The position numbers and the translations under genes were made by a program. Under the pieces are notes generated by a model. It saw only the letters and a list, made by a program, of their open reading frames with translations. It was not told where the DNA came from and searched no databases. DNA of 63,458 bases, filler included, from Nemertoderma westbladi (lineage: Eukaryota > Animalia > Xenacoelomorpha), in the NCBI GenBank assembly GCA_032718475.1. It is 4 parts of 4 records of this genome, joined end to end, with 100 filler letters (N's around TTAATTAATTAA, not from the genome) between each part and the next. Parts side by side here need not be neighbours in the genome. Positions count along the whole stretch, not along the records: positions 1 to 23,257 come from JAUCBJ010005284.1; 3 more parts are not named here. One strand, given 5' to 3'. Each line of letters begins with the position of its first letter. The first letter of the stretch is position 1. Positions 1 to 13,964 of the stretch are shown in pieces.

Positions 1-114
1 ACAGCTAGAACTTGCGCCGGGAGCTGGTGCAGAAATGCGCTACGCCGGGCAATGAGCCGGAAGGGTCGGTGCAGAGATGTGCTACGCCGGCAGAGCACTG
101 TCAATGGTAGAGAT

Positions 115-944
115 TAGGGCTCAATCGGAGTTGGGATTTGGCCGGAGCCGGAGCAGGAGCCGGAGTTGGACAATTTAGCCGGAGCCGGAGCAGGAGCCGG
201 AGTTTTTCAAAAATTTTAAAAATTTAATTATTTATTTAAAAAAAATAAAGTATGGTTATCGTTCGCCAATCGCTCATAATCAATCATACTGCTCGTATTA
301 GGTCTAATTAATTTCATAATTTATAGATTTACGAATTTTCAATTTAACAATTTAAGTAATTAATTTATCATCCTTGACACGGACGGCTGAGCACGACGGC
401 CTGACGCTGACGGCTAAAAATTACCTACAGTACCTAACTCACTAACTGTGGTAGAGGTGTGTACTGCTGTACTGTAGGTAGCCTACCTGCCTACCGCTGT
501 ACGTACCGTACTGTGTACCAGTTCTGCAGTACATTATGCTGGCATGACAGTCAGTAAATGGCTGCAGTGGTACAGTGCAGACAGTGTACAATCATACAGT
601 CATAGCATTTACAACAATTTTTTACAGTAGGGCCTATCCCTGTATCCGTAACAGTCTGCTAGTCAGCCAGCTGACCAGTACACAGTACCAGTACTGCAGT
701 ACAGTCAGTCAGTCATTGACTAAGTAAATACTGCAGTATTCTGCTTGATATTGAAGCTGTACTTCAGTAAGCTGTACTACAGTACTTATAGTGTAAATAA
801 TTGTTCAGATTAGAATATGCACGAATTATAATACTTTATTACAAAATTAACTCCGGCAATATTTTTACCGGAGCCGGAGCAGGAGCCGGAGGTGCCAAAA
901 TGGCCGGAGCCGGAGCCGGATGCCGGAGCTCCGATCGAGCCCTA
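115..944 (+). mobile_element. hAT-type MITE, family A, copy 1
   Basis: 16-bp TIR TAGGGCTC(A/G)ATCGGAG...CTCCGATCGAGCCCTA; exact 8-bp TSD GTAGAGAT (107-114, 945-952); subterminal CCGGAG repeats; no coding capacity. Confidence 0.93.
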
Positions 945-1625
945 GTAGAGATGCTGCGCTCGACGGCGTCGACGCTGCAGAAATTGACCCGGCGGCGGCG
1001 CAGAAGCAGGAATCAGCCCAGCACACCCGGCGTACATATTTGCCTGGCGCAGCAATCCAGCAATCAGCCAAATAGGGCTCGATCGGAGTTGGGATTTGGC
1101 CGGAGCCGGAGCAGGAGCCGGAGTTGGACAATTTGGCCGGAGCCGGAGCAGGAGCCGGAGTTTTTCAAAAATTTTAAAAATTTAATTATTTATTTAAAAA
1201 AAGTATGGAGTATGGTTATCGTTCGCCAATCGCTCATAATCAATCATACTGCTGTACTGTAGGTCTAATTAATTTCATAATTTATAGATTTACGAATTTT
1301 CAATTTAAAATTTAAGTAATTAATTTATCACGGACAGACGGCCTGACGCTGACGGCTAAAAATTACCTACAGTACCTAACTCACTAACTGTCCCAGGTTG
1401 GAATTCATGCTGCAAAACTCGGACGCGTACCTGCGCGAATGACCGCAAACCAGATGCGCGTTGCGCGTTTGGGTGAGACAGGTGCGCGTTCGGGTGTGAG
1501 ACAGGTGCGCGTTGCGCCTCAGCGCGCAGCTCTGCCTCTGATGCGCACCACAAATTAATTGAAATCACGAAAATACACAAAAAAATTTCCAATTCTTCAA
1601 ACAGTCAAATCACTTCACCATAATA

Positions 1626-2861
1626 CAGTAGGGCACTTTTGCCCAATCGGGCCATACTTTTATGGCCAGATGGGGCAATACTATGGCCTAAACGGGCCAT
1701 ATCCCACGAAATGCAAATCCGCCCGATCGGGCCATAACCTGGCCCAATGGGGCAATACATACTTGTACTTGCCAAATCAGGCCATAATTAATTTTCTAGG
1801 GCAGTTCTGAGATACAGTGAAATGCGAAATTTTAAACAGCGAAATATTTTCATTCTGTGCAGTGAATAAAAATTTAAAATTAATACAGTAATAGGCGTAG
1901 GCCTATACCGTAAATTGAAATTTCACATTTCACTGTTAAAAAAAATCAGCAGTGAAAAGTAAATCCCTCTACAGTAGACCTTTTAAAAATATTAAGTAAA
2001 AATTCACATTTGTCGTTTCGCTTTGCAATGGTCAGTGTGACTGTGTTAATGCTGTGCTGTATGCTGGCAGTCTGTATACAGTAGTGTAGTGTAGCAGTGT
2101 AGGCCAAGCCAAGGCCATAGTCAGATAGTATGAAGAGCTGTTTGATTTTGATATATTATAATTATACACTAATAAACTTATAGGCCCTACTGTTATACTT
2201 GTTTGTTATAGGCCAATTACTATTAGTCAATACTTTGTACTCGACTTACCATTTGCCATTGCTTGCTTGATGTTTATTTTGCTGTTTATTAATATTATTA
2301 TTCAGTTGTCAGTTGCCGTATTTTAATTCTTGGATATTATGTCAAGAAGAAGCATTGCTCTCTCAGGCTCTGTTAAACTTAAATTGCTTTGCTCCACTGC
2401 CTTCAACTTCTTACGTTGTTTTATAAGAATCAAACTTGCAGACTTGAGTGAATATTCGAACGATCAGTCATGGGGGAGTGGGGGGGGGGGGGGGGGGGGG
2501 GTGGGGGTATCTACTGTAGCATCATACTGCTGTAGCCTACTGGCCCAATCCGGCCATACATATAATAATATTCCTCAGCCACCCCACGGATAATTTTATG
2601 TATGGCCCGATCGGGCAAGACGATTACAGCCTTCCAAGTATCAACCTATAGAACGTCAACATGCAAACTCTCATGAGTCATAGGGAATTATTCCTAGCCT
2701 ATATAGGGTGGCTAACAAAACAATGTAGTAACAGTGGTTAAGTGCGATTCCTGCCCTGGAAGTGCGACAAGAAAATCAGTCAAAAATGGCCCGATCTGGC
2801 AATATCGTATGGCCTGATCGAGCCATAAGTTATGGCCCGATTGGGCAAAAGTGCCCTACTG
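1626..2861. mobile_element. Tc1/mariner-type non-autonomous element
   Basis: 31-bp perfect TIR CAGTAGGGCACTTTTGCCCAATCGGGCCATA, flanked by TA on both sides; internal GGCCCGATCGGGC-like repeats. Confidence 0.85.
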
Positions 2862-3124
2862 TAATACTGTAATACCGGCAACCGGAGCTGAATTTGTCTA
2901 TTTATTTTAACTACAGTACTCTATTGTTGTATTGTTATTAGGTCTATGCTATGCCGATGTTACGTTAGTAAACAGGTAAAGTCAGAAAGTAACAATGTAT
3001 TATAAGTATGACTTAATTATAAGCCAACTGTATGTTTAAGCCTAATTGTTAGGTAGGCCTATACAAAGTATTATTGGCAGACTGGTACCTATTTCAATAT
3101 TCGTTTTTTTTGAAATTACCGGTA

Positions 3125-4777
3125 GGGGAAAGTGGGGGAATTAGAAACACTTTTTGGATTTTAAAAAATTAAAAGTGCCCTCATTTCTACACAAACAGTC
3201 ATAGAGGAAATATAACTATAGATTTGGAATCATGCATCTCTCTGCTAACAATAGAACATCCTATCTCGTCTGCCTATCACTATCTGGTAGTGACAGGCAG
3301 ACGAGATTTTTTTTAAGTCGAGATTGTTTCCATTTACCCCACAATGGGGTAAATGGAAACAGTGTTTGCCTCCCAATGGTTAAATCTACCAGAAATTAAC
3401 ATGGGGTAATTGGAATATTTCTAATTAACACATGGGAATGTAGATTAAATTGCGCACAATTTGATATATAACATGTCTATGTTGCCACATATGTTTGACA
3501 TTTAAAGTGTTTCACAAACCTTCAACAATTAACAGAGATATGCATGTTTGTGAATAAATGACATCCAGCAACAATATGGATATATGAAAACTAATTATAG
3601 CTCTTTATATAACTAAATTAAACTTAATATATTTAAATTAAAATGAATTAGCTTAACTTAAATTAAAATTAGAATTTCTTGTTGGTTCAGCACAGCCCCA
3701 TTCCCGCTTTTCCTATTACCACCAGATATTGGGCCAATGTTTCCTCGTTGGCTTTTCCGAGAAAACATCTACGCACCTGACCTATATAATTAGCGATCAC
3801 TATATTTACGTTTCTTGTTCCCAGAGGGTACCCCCAGGAATTCCAAAGGTATATGCAGCCTTCCGAATAGTGGCATGACCACTGGAAATGGTGCTTTAAG
3901 GCAGCAGATAGAGATTCCATAGAGTATGACGCCCAGGCAAAGCAGGCAGCCATGAAGTTTTGCGTAAAATTGAGGGAAAAGAGCAGGTTACAGAGGCTGG
4001 CTTTTCTAACCCAAACAATAAACGGCCACTTTCCCAAATGAGGGAAAGGAGCAGATTACAGAGGCATGCTTTTCTAACCAAAACAATAAACGGCCACTTT
4101 ACCAATTGAGGGAAAGCAGCAGGTTACCTAGGTGGGCTATTCTAACCAAAACAATAAACGATTACTTTACCAATTGAGGGAAACCATATGGTCAGACTTC
4201 TAGTCAGCTAGTAGTCATTAGTCACATGGTCAGACTGTCAGTAGTCACTCTATAACCAAAAAAATCAGGCACTCAAGCAATAGGCAGATAGGTACCGGTG
4301 CGCAGCTGTATGACAATTAGAAACTGTTGAAAAGGACGGTCCCCAAAGTAACAGGACCAGCTAAAAAAATTAATGTTTCCAATTACCCCATGGCACTAAA
4401 ATTTGACCATTTTTAAATTATGTTGAACAAACAAATTTTTAATTATGCTATCATTAAATTAGGTTGTCTACTGAATAGATGACATAATAAGCTTTAAATT
4501 AAGCTATTGCTTGAGATAATTGGAATAAGACATCGCTCACAATCCATTTGTGAAGTTGCAAAAAAATAATCGAAAATTTGATTTTTTTTTCATCTTTTAT
4601 ACAATCAGCCATTTGACAATGAAGAAGTGAAAATAAACGCCATATTCCTATTGGAAAAATAATCACCAATAATTTATCTCAATAAACATCAAAATTTCAA
4701 GTCTATACATACAAAAGCATGCATGTAGTAGCCATTGCTTCTAATTACCCCATGTTTCTAATTCCCCCACCTTCCCC
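3125..4777 (-). mobile_element. pogo-like DNA transposon, internally deleted
   Basis: 25-bp TIR GGGGA(A/G)GTGGGGGAATTAGAAACA with one mismatch, flanked by TA; relic of the transposase N-terminus inside; ~58-bp internal repeats at about 3970-4185. Confidence 0.85.
3690..3930 (-). pseudogene. pogo-type transposase N-terminal remnant (pipsqueak HTH plus start of CENP-B HTH)
   Basis: Joining frames gives YSMESLSAAL/STISSGHATIRKAAYTFGIPGGTL (HTH_psq pattern), then RRCFLGKANEETLAQYLVVIGKAGMGL; frameshifted; no DDE domain retained. Confidence 0.7.
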
Positions 4778-5876
4778 TACATGTTTTGTTTGTAATCTAA
4801 AATAATATTTTCTGTTATAAAAGCAGTGAGCCCGATGGGCCACCATAGTAGTGGATTAAAAAAATATTTTTTAATATTAACAATTTTGATGTTGCAAAAA
4901 TTACATTTATTATGTAAGCCTAGATTCAACGTACAGACAGACAGACGTAAAGATAAGCTTAAAACGCTCAAACTTGTAAAATAGGAATGTAAAATTGTTC
5001 TTATGAACTGTGCGATTTTTTGAGATATGCATGACATGAGCTGCGCGATTTTGTTTGGATTATGACATATGATGAGGTGCGCGACGAGCCAATTTCAGGT
5101 GCGCGGTGATTTCAAAACAACAAAGCGTACCTGCGCGCTCATGCATGAATTCCAACCTGGTAACTGTCTAACTGTGGTAGAGGTGTGTACTGTAGGTAGC
5201 CTACCGCTGTACCGTACGTGTCGTGTACCAGTACTGCAGTACATTATGCTGGCATGACAGTCAGTAAATGGCTGCAGTGGTACAGTGTACAATCATCTGA
5301 TCATAGCATTTACAACAATTTTTTACAGTAGTGCCTATCTGTAACAGTCTGCTAGTCAGCCAGCTGGCCAGTACCAGTACTGCAGTACAGTCAGTCAGTC
5401 ATTGACTACATAATTACTGCAGTATTATGCTTGATATTGAAGCTGTGTACTACCTGACTACAGTACTTATAGTGTAAATAATTGTTCAGATTAGAATATG
5501 CACGAAATATAATACTTTATTAAAAAATTAACTCCGGCAATATTTTTACCGGAGCCGGAGCAGGAGCCGGAGGTGCCAAAATGGCCGGAGCCGGAGCCGG
5601 AGGCCGGAGCTCCGATCGAGCCCTACAGCCAAACCTAGCACCAGGCAGACAGTGCTGCAGTGAGACTGAGACAGCAGACATGCGTTCATCAGACCAACAG
5701 CACAGCAACACAATAACAACTGGCCATGCAGGAGGCAGAAACTCACACTGCAGCACTGGCTGACTGCAACTGGTCATTTATTTACGTATTTAACCTTATG
5801 CTGTTATGCAGTAGGCAGGTAGGCTATCAAAGTTCCAGCTATCAGCTGATCAGTCATTATTGCTATTGGTCATAGG

Positions 5877-8088
5877 TAGGGCTCGATCGGAGTTGGGATT
5901 TGGCCGGAGCCGGAGCAGGAGCCGGAGTTGGACAATTTGGCCGGAGCCGGAGCAGGAGCCGGAGTTTTTCAAAAATTTTAAAAATTTATTTATTTATTTA
6001 AAATAAAATAAAGTATGGTTATCGTTCGCCAATCGCTCATAATCAATGATACTGTAGGTATAATTAATTTCATAATTTATAGATTTACGAATTTTCAATT
6101 TAAAATTTAAGTAATTAATTTATCATGGCATGGACAGACGGCCTGACGCTGACGGCGACGGCCTGATGCTGACGGCGACGGCCTGACGCTGACGGCTAAA
6201 AATTACCTCCAGTACCTACCTTGCTAACTGTCTAACTGTGGTAGAGGTGTGTATTGTAGGTAGCCTACCGTACGTGTACCAGTACTGCAGTACAGTATGC
6301 TGGTATGCTATGCTGGCATGACAGCAGTAAATGGCTGCAGTGGTACAGTCTGACAGTGTACAATCATAGCATTTACAATTTTTTAAAGTAGGGCCTATCT
6401 GTAATAGTCTGCTAGTCAGCCAGCTGGCCAGTACCAGTCAGCCAGTACTGCAGTACAGTCAGTCAGTCATTGACTTTAAGTACAAACAGTCAGTGATCTA
6501 TGCCAAAATTGGCAGTTTTCAAAATTGGAAGTTTTCATGCCAAAATTGGAATTTTTGATATATTTTCTGTCCAGGGTCAGCCAATATTGGGTGGGGTTAA
6601 CTAAATTTTGCAAAAAAATATAATTTAATGCATTTAGAAACTTTTGACCGAGATAAAAAAAAATTCACCATGCTTTGGGTTTTTTATGACAAAAATTTTG
6701 AGACTGTAACCTCTAGTTCCAAAATTGGAAGTTTTTGACCTGCCGTTTTTGGCACCTTTTATTCTGCTGATAGAGGCAGAGAGGACTAACGGTTTCAGTT
6801 TCATGCATTTATGGGCATTCATATCATAATGACCAATTTCTAATATTGGGATTAACCAATTATACCGGTATGCTATGCCTCGTGATTGGAATAAATCTAT
6901 CTCGCTACCATTGCAGCATTGTGTAGGCCTATATTAAGCCATCCACACAACATGCGGTCCAATTACGATGTCCAATATCCTGTTTTATTACTTCTAACAC
7001 ATTGGTAATTGATTCATATGATTCCATACTACCATCCATACTACCATACTACCATATACTACCATCAGCTTGTGTTTCTACACAATTTTTTATCAATTCG
7101 CTATCACCAGCTTGTACTGATGAGGACTCAGTTCCAGTTGTTAGCTCTATGTTGGAGTTAGTACTTCCAGAAGCAGTCATTACTGGTGCTTTTTATTTGA
7201 TTAAATAACGACTTTGTGCCACACATCTACTGCATAAGTAACCACGATCACGATTAGTACCACCAATAAGTTCTAGATGATACAGATATGACAGGCAATG
7301 TCTTGGTATACGATGACCTAAACTTGTAGCACTATTGTATAGAGTAAATGGAACATATTTTGACACACAAAAATCGTGTATGATGCACTGACATTCACCA
7401 CCCTTAAATTGTCCCTTTACTCGAGCATGAGTCATTTTGACACCATTGCATTTATATATAATAGGATAATATAATATGCTTATGTATATGTATGCTAATT
7501 AACTATATTTATATTATTACACTACACTCTAGCCTAGTGAATAGAATTACTAACCTGACTACTGCTACCAGTAATAACAAAATATTAAAAAAGTTAAATT
7601 TATACTAATGTACCCAAATAACAATTAACCAATGTACAATGTAGGCTGTAGCATGTAGGCTTACAAGTATATTTCAGTATTTGAAATATAATGCAATACA
7701 ATAAATTTGCATGAAAATATATTAATTTCAAAATAAGCCACACTCTTTATCCAATAACTGGTGCCTAACAGTACAACTTCCAATTTTGGAATTAATGCCA
7801 AAATTGGAATAAAAACTTCCATTTTTGAAAACTGCCAATTTTGGCATAGATCACTGACTGACAAAGTAAATACTGAAATACTGCAGTATTATCAGATTAT
7901 ACTTGATATTGAAGCTGTACTACAGTACTTATAGTGTTAAATAATTGTTCAGATTAGAATATGCACGAAATATAATACTTTATTAAAAAATTAACTCCGG
8001 CAATATTTTTACCGGAGCCGGAGCAGGAGCCGGAGGTGCCAAAATGGCCGGAGCCGGAGCCGGAGGCCGGAGCTCCGATCGAGCCCTA
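5877..8088 (+). mobile_element. hAT-type MITE, family A, copy 3, with nested insertion
   Basis: Same TIRs; exact TSD GTCATAGG (5869-5876, 8089-8096). Confidence 0.92.
6487..7860. mobile_element. TIR DNA element with 5-bp TSD, superfamily unassigned
   Basis: 38-bp perfect TIR CAGTCAGTGATCTATGCCAAAATTGGCAGTTTTCAAAA; ACAAA on both flanks; repeated CCAAAATTGG subterminal motif; short Cys-containing ORF remnant at 7193-7435 (-). Confidence 0.8.
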
Positions 8089-9480
8089 GTCATAGGCCTA
8101 GTCAGTTTATTTATTTACATAATATTGCAATGCAATATAATAATGCAATGCAGGCATGGGCCAGGTTGGAATTTATGTAGAGTTTGCTCAACATGTGTGG
8201 CGCGCATTTAGGATCCTGGCGCGAAGGAACAGGGGCGTGTGGCGCGCATTGAGGATCCTGGCGCGGAAATGGATGTCATGTACAGTATCAAAATGCACTG
8301 GCTGACTGGCAACATATAACTGTATAAAGCCACTCTACCAGTCTACATCTGTACTTGAAATTCTATCAGTCAGCCAGTAGAGCCTATTTTTAAAAAGAGT
8401 TAGTTAGGCCTAGCCTTAAAAATAATTTTCGCTTTTGTATTTTATACCTACTGTCTGACTGTATTACGCCCTACTCTTATTGACTTAGGCCTATTACAGT
8501 TGACAGTATTAATCATTCAAATAACAGAATAACTGTAATAGGGATATTTGATTACAGTGATATTTTATCACCCACATTACTGCATTATGGACAAACCGAG
8601 AGATTGAGCATTGAAGGTGCCATATTCAATCCACTTTAATCATCATGGCCAATATCAGGCCAAATTTTTAATGTGTTTAATAATCAAAGTTTAATAATGA
8701 GTTGATTGAAAGGTTTTTCAATTGTTCACACCAATACTGCAATATAGCCTATAACCACGATTCAGCAGATTTTCTGTGCTCGCTACACTCTGACACTCCG
8801 ATTTAATTCATAATCACCTGGTGATCTGTACTGCATGTGCTGCATCTGTACTATATAAATGAAATATCTCAGATCGCTATGCCCTGTCAGCCTGTAACAT
8901 TTCACAACCAAAATATTTAAGTGTGAAAAGTGTAGGCCTCTACCACACACCGCCCAAACAACCGCAAACGCATAGCCAACAAATTTAACAAAAGGTTACA
9001 TACATGTTGGGTTCATGACGAGATGAGTGAAAATTGATCGCGTAATATAAAGTAAAAAATTAAGAGACGGGCTGGCTCTCCTCCACTTTCTTACCCAATG
9101 GATATGTTTTTGTAATAATCTAATATTGGGGCGGCTTTCTCTCGGTACTGCAGTATAAACTGGTAAATGATTACAATAATTGCAAAATTTCATGGGTCAA
9201 TCTGTCAATGGTTGGCGCGCATTGAATGTCATGGCTGGCGCACTTTTCGTTTAACCAGAACTCGTGTGGCGCGCTTTTTGTCAATATTCCATATAGGGGC
9301 ATGGGGTGTTGGCGTTGGGCCAGTAGTTCCATAAAACCTGAAATTAATTCATTGTTGGATGGATATTGTTTACCTGGTTTTGGTTACTGTCAGACTGTTG
9401 CTGTTTAAAGGTATGGTGTAGTGTAGTTGCATTCTCATACTTTTAATATTTATACAGCTTAATTTTTCCATTACTCTTAG

Positions 9481-12400
9481 ATTGGGATCAATTATTTAAA
9501 CGAAAGGCAACCAACTCACATAACAAAGAAAACTAAACGTGATGTGGAGTCCTATTACTGTTTGGAGTGTCTCCGGAAAGGTCCAAATGGATCAAAGTCA
9601 TTACAGTCGTGTTCAGTTGGGAGGAGTCGCGACTCGCGAACATAAGCGTCATAAGGATCGCCACCACAAGGATCTGCATTCCTCTAAAAGTACTCTAATA
9701 TCGAAATATGATCCGAGTACATCTTAACTTGTAAACAAATTCAAGTCCATGGAGAATAGGATATTGGATGCCTTAAAAGATTTGCAATTAAGTCCAGTTC
9801 CTAAGCCACTACCACAACCAGAAGGTGCAGAGGATAGTTATATTGACTGGAACGCTATAAAAGCACTAGATGATTTGCCAGAATGTATCTGTTCAACTGT
9901 GTCCACGGACAATGTAGTGCGTATTATATGTGATATATGTTCCAGATTTTACTTGGAAACAGGACGAAAGCTTGTTTCCCAATCTCTCGCTGCTGGATTA
10001 GTGTACAGGGGTGAAAAGGCAGTGCAAATAGTATCCGCTGAGGGAAATGCGTGGGTGAGATTGAAAAGCCTTGTAAAACATCATATAGGTTTAATGGATG
10101 GATGCGCCCACATGCAGGCTCTGTACTATAACAACAAATGTCGCACATATGAGAAACGTAGCCAAATAGTTATGTTTAATTTGGTTACACTTACAACTTG
10201 TTTGACTGTGGTAAAGGAGAAAGCAGCTGCACAGCATTACGAAACACAAATAGCTTGCTTGAAGTTAACTGGAGCAGATGTTGGAAACCTGGGCCATAGC
10301 AGGAAGAACGTGCCCCAAATACTAGATGCTGCAGCTACTGTAATAGATTTGACAGTTGAAAAGTATCTGAAGACGCCCTTAGAGTCAACTGGGTTAAGCC
10401 CACATTTCTGGACAACAGTGGATAAAAGTACGCCGGGCCGTACCACAAATCAGGCTATATTAATCTGCCCTGTTATCAATGGCAAACGGGAGGCTGTGTT
10501 TGTCAATTCCCCAAAAGTATATGATATATTAGACGATGAATTGACTGGTGGCAGTTTAACCAAGCTGTCAAAGGAGACAATAACGCAAATTAAGACTACA
10601 TATAATTTGGTCCCTGAAGATTTATCTCGTTTGGTTGGGTTAAGCGCCGATGGTGCCTACAGGTCAGCCTCCTTTAAGGACGTTTTAGCTGCGGAGTGTG
10701 GAGGGAATGTCGTTCCAGATTTTACTGTCTTGTGGGATGGGGCACACTTGATTGACCTGGTTGTCACCGACATAAAGTCAAGTAAGATTGGATCTTCTGC
10801 TAAATATTTGAATAGAGTTATACGCCGAACAAATATATTTAGAACTGATCTTAAGCATGGTAAGAAATTCGAGCAGATGATATTGGTGTCGAATATATTA
10901 AATCAGAAGCCACTGAATGCCTTAAGCTATTCCGACACACGCTTTACGAGTAGCTCATACAATGCTATGCAACGTGTTGAATCAAACTATGAAGTTTTTG
11001 CTACCACAATTATTGACTATGGCGGTGGTGACCTAGATACGGAAAAGAGCTACAATATCCGTGGACGAGATTATTTATTTGATCTGTGTGTAGTTCTGGA
11101 TGTCCTTCACCCGATAATTACGCTGATGCTACGCCTCCAAGATCTGCAGCTCCCTTGTTGGAAGGTCAGTAAAAAAATATATTTGATATTTTATACTTTT
11201 ATTTTATAGTAACTAGCCTTGCTTTGCTTGATTAGTAGTAATAAATATAAATATTATTAAATTAATTATTACAATTAAATTATATATAACTGAAGAATAT
11301 AATCAGTAATTGTCCATCATGACAACACAAGGGGTGTTTTATTATTATTTATTTATTATATTATTTATTTATAATATATAATATTTATTTATATTATATA
11401 TTATTTATTTATATTATATATTATTTATTTATATTACCGGTAGGGTATATATTATTTATTTATATTATCCAATCTGCTAATTCTTGTTAGCTAGTATTTA
11501 AATTTATTGATAATAATAATTAACTCGCTAATAATACTCTCGGCTTTATGTATCTTCATAATTTTGTAATAAAATAATTTTCAGCAAATATATTAATTGT
11601 GTTCGAATAGATTGTTAGATGGATTCCCCGGGTACGACACCAACTACAGGTAATTCAGGAGTCTCTTCATTCCGTGGAGATGGAGACGAGTTTCATACAC
11701 AAGCTGCCAATGCCAGTTCTAGAGAGACACATGGCAGAGATATGTAATGAAAAGAAATTCAATAACATAGAGCTAGACGACGGCTGGATTATAGTCAAAC
11801 AGACACAATCATTAGGAGGCGGCAAGATTGATATCTGGGAGATGAGAGAAGTGGCAGATTGTTTAAGTGATGGTCACTGTTTTGTCGATGACATAATAAA
11901 TTCATTGGACCGAAGAGAACTGATAATTAAAGACCAGACTCCACTAGTTTATGAATTATCCGAAGCATTCGACTTTACGATATATATAGACCTTCTTTGT
12001 GGTTATCAACCTGGTACCCACAGGCTTCAGCCCGTCCGACTGATTGGTGGCGAAGCCGCATTTGGTACTGCCGGTGTCTTTGAGTGGGACCGTGTATATA
12101 ATAAATTACAAAAACTTGACCTTGATTTCCCACTAGAGGAAATGTCCCATGTAAGTCTAGAAGACTTCAAAGCAGCACTACGGTGGCTGATGTGGAGTGA
12201 TGATAGTGAGGCAGGGCTATTACGAGTTTCGGTATTCATTAGGCCAGTGGGAAAAACACCTTCCGAAATGCCCATGTCAGCACCAATATCCATCCAGAAA
12301 ATCATATGTCTTCCACATCAGCAAGATGATCTAACAGATCAATATGAATTCGAATTCAGAGGGGATAAGATAAAGTACATTACCTACTTAAATGAGGCGG

Positions 12401-12800
12401 CCATAATCCAAAGTATTATATATATACCAATAAATCATTCTATACACGAGTCGGTAGAGTGGCGTGTACAGTGTATGATGTCCAGCTTGCAAGAGGGGGG
12501 CCGGAAGCTATTTGTGAAAGTGTTTATTCTGTGATGGGTACGCAAAGACAAGAGGGCGGTCAGTCAAATAAAACATTGGAAAATCGCACAAAATGTGATT
12601 GGATGCTTCCTGTTCCAATTGCCTGCCCAAACACTCTGAAAGAAATTGTGACGCTATATCTAAAAAAACATAAACCCCCAGTCCTAAAAATGACTGACCC
12701 AAGAACGCAGTTGCAGCCTGGCCATGGCTGCATGGTCAAGTTATCAAACGTATACAGACGAAAACTAAATATTTATTTGATTAAATTCGTCATTGAATAG
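9481..12800 (+). pseudogene. Spliced hAT-family (KIAA1586-like) transposase, inactivated
   Basis: BED-like finger YYCLEC...HKDRHH (frameshift near 9640, stop at 9725-9727); catalytic-type motifs TVDKST, SADGAY, WDGAH, SDTRF, EAICESVYSVM; GT-AG intron 11165-11610 joins LPCWK to IVRWIP in frame; frameshift in the (TA)n run near 12420. Confidence 0.82.
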
Positions 12801-12920
12801 TAATACTGAATCAACATAGACTTAAATTCTATGCAAATTTTGCCTATTATTAATCTACGCCTATTTGCAATAGGGAAAGAGGATTGAATTGGGGGGGGGG
12901 GGGGGGGGTGTAGTGTTGAT

Positions 12921-13095
12921 CAGGGATGGCATAACAAAAACGAAACAAAGCATAGTTGCTAATAATGAAACGAAAAAATAATGTAAGGTAAAAATGCCAA
13001 ACGAAATAAAAACACAAGCAAATAACGAAACAAAATAATATAAGTTTCGTTTTTTTCGTTTTTTTCTTTTGTTTCATTTCGTTATGCCATCCCTG
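12921..13095. mobile_element. Small hAT-type MITE
   Basis: TIR CAGGGATGGCATAAC; 8-bp TSD GTGTTGAT/GTGTTAAT (7 of 8 match); internal AACGAAA repeats. Confidence 0.8.
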
Positions 13096-13368
13096 GTGTT
13101 AATTTTATAGATGATTTTAAATTTTGTGGTTTGAGGGGGGGGGGGGGGGGGCTTTTCTGTTATAACGATTTTTATTTCACTTTAAGAATGATGTAGTCCT
13201 ACTCTACTTGCACTATACCATTAGAAGTTTAATAAATAGAAGGCCAAGGGGTTTGGAGGGGAGGGGGGGGGGGGGGGGGGTAGTAGAGTCAGGATTGTAA
13301 TTTGTTTAAATACAGTGTAATTGTCAATGATTCTCGGAGGGCGGGGGGGGGGGGGGGGGGGGGGGGGA

Positions 13369-13770
13369 ATAGAGGTAGGTTTGTAATTCGTGTAAATACA
13401 GTATGTAATAATTGTCAATAATTATCTTATCTTATGATTTATTTTTTTATGTGTTATTTATAATGCATTTTCTACATTCTTCTATCACTTAAGGGAGGGG
13501 GTGGGGGGGATAGAGGTAGGTTTGTAATTCGTGTAAATACAGTATAGGCCTATATGTTATAATTGTCAATAATTCTCTTATCTTAGGATTGATTTTTTTA
13601 TGTGTTATATAATGCATTTTCTACATTCTTCTATCACTTAAGGGAGGGGGGGGTGGGGGGGTAGAGGTAGGTTTGTAATTCGTGTAAATACAGTATGTAA
13701 TTGTCAATAATTATCTTATCTTAGGATTGATTTTTTATTTAATGTGTTTAATGCATTTACTACATTCTAT
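13369..13770. repeat. Tandem repeat, ~140-150-bp unit, about 3 copies
   Basis: Recurring TAGAGGTAGGTTTGTAATTCGTGTAAATACAGTAT...TAATGCATTT blocks separated by G-runs. Confidence 0.75.
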
Positions 13771-13964
13771 CAGTGTAATTCTTTGTTATTCTGAACTCTA
13801 CTTGAGAAATACATCAATACTTTCGAATTTAATTATATTAACCAAACATATTGGAATTAATGCGATTACTAAAATTATGTTAAAATTGCTCGCTAAAATA
13901 TGACCTGATAAAAGTAAAATAAATAAGTAAATAGATTGCATCGAGTTATAAAATAATGAAATAA

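Larger units (their letters stand above)
1393..5160. mobile_element. Non-autonomous hAT-like element, family B
   Basis: 18-bp TIR CCAGGTTGGAATTCATGC; exact 8-bp TSD TAACTGTC (1385-1392, 5161-5168); subterminal TGCGCG motifs; shares its terminal 13 bp with 8161-14619. Confidence 0.9.
1073..5625 (+). mobile_element. hAT-type MITE, family A, copy 2, split by a 3.8-kb nested insertion
   Basis: Same TIRs; exact TSD CAGCCAAA (1065-1072, 5626-5633); the body resumes at 5161 where it stopped at 1392. Confidence 0.92.

Noticed and set aside
801-1262. GAGAGA/RSRSRS ORFs here and at 5520-5777, 15206-17047 and 19149-20440
   Set aside because: Products of CCGGAG subterminal repeats of MITEs
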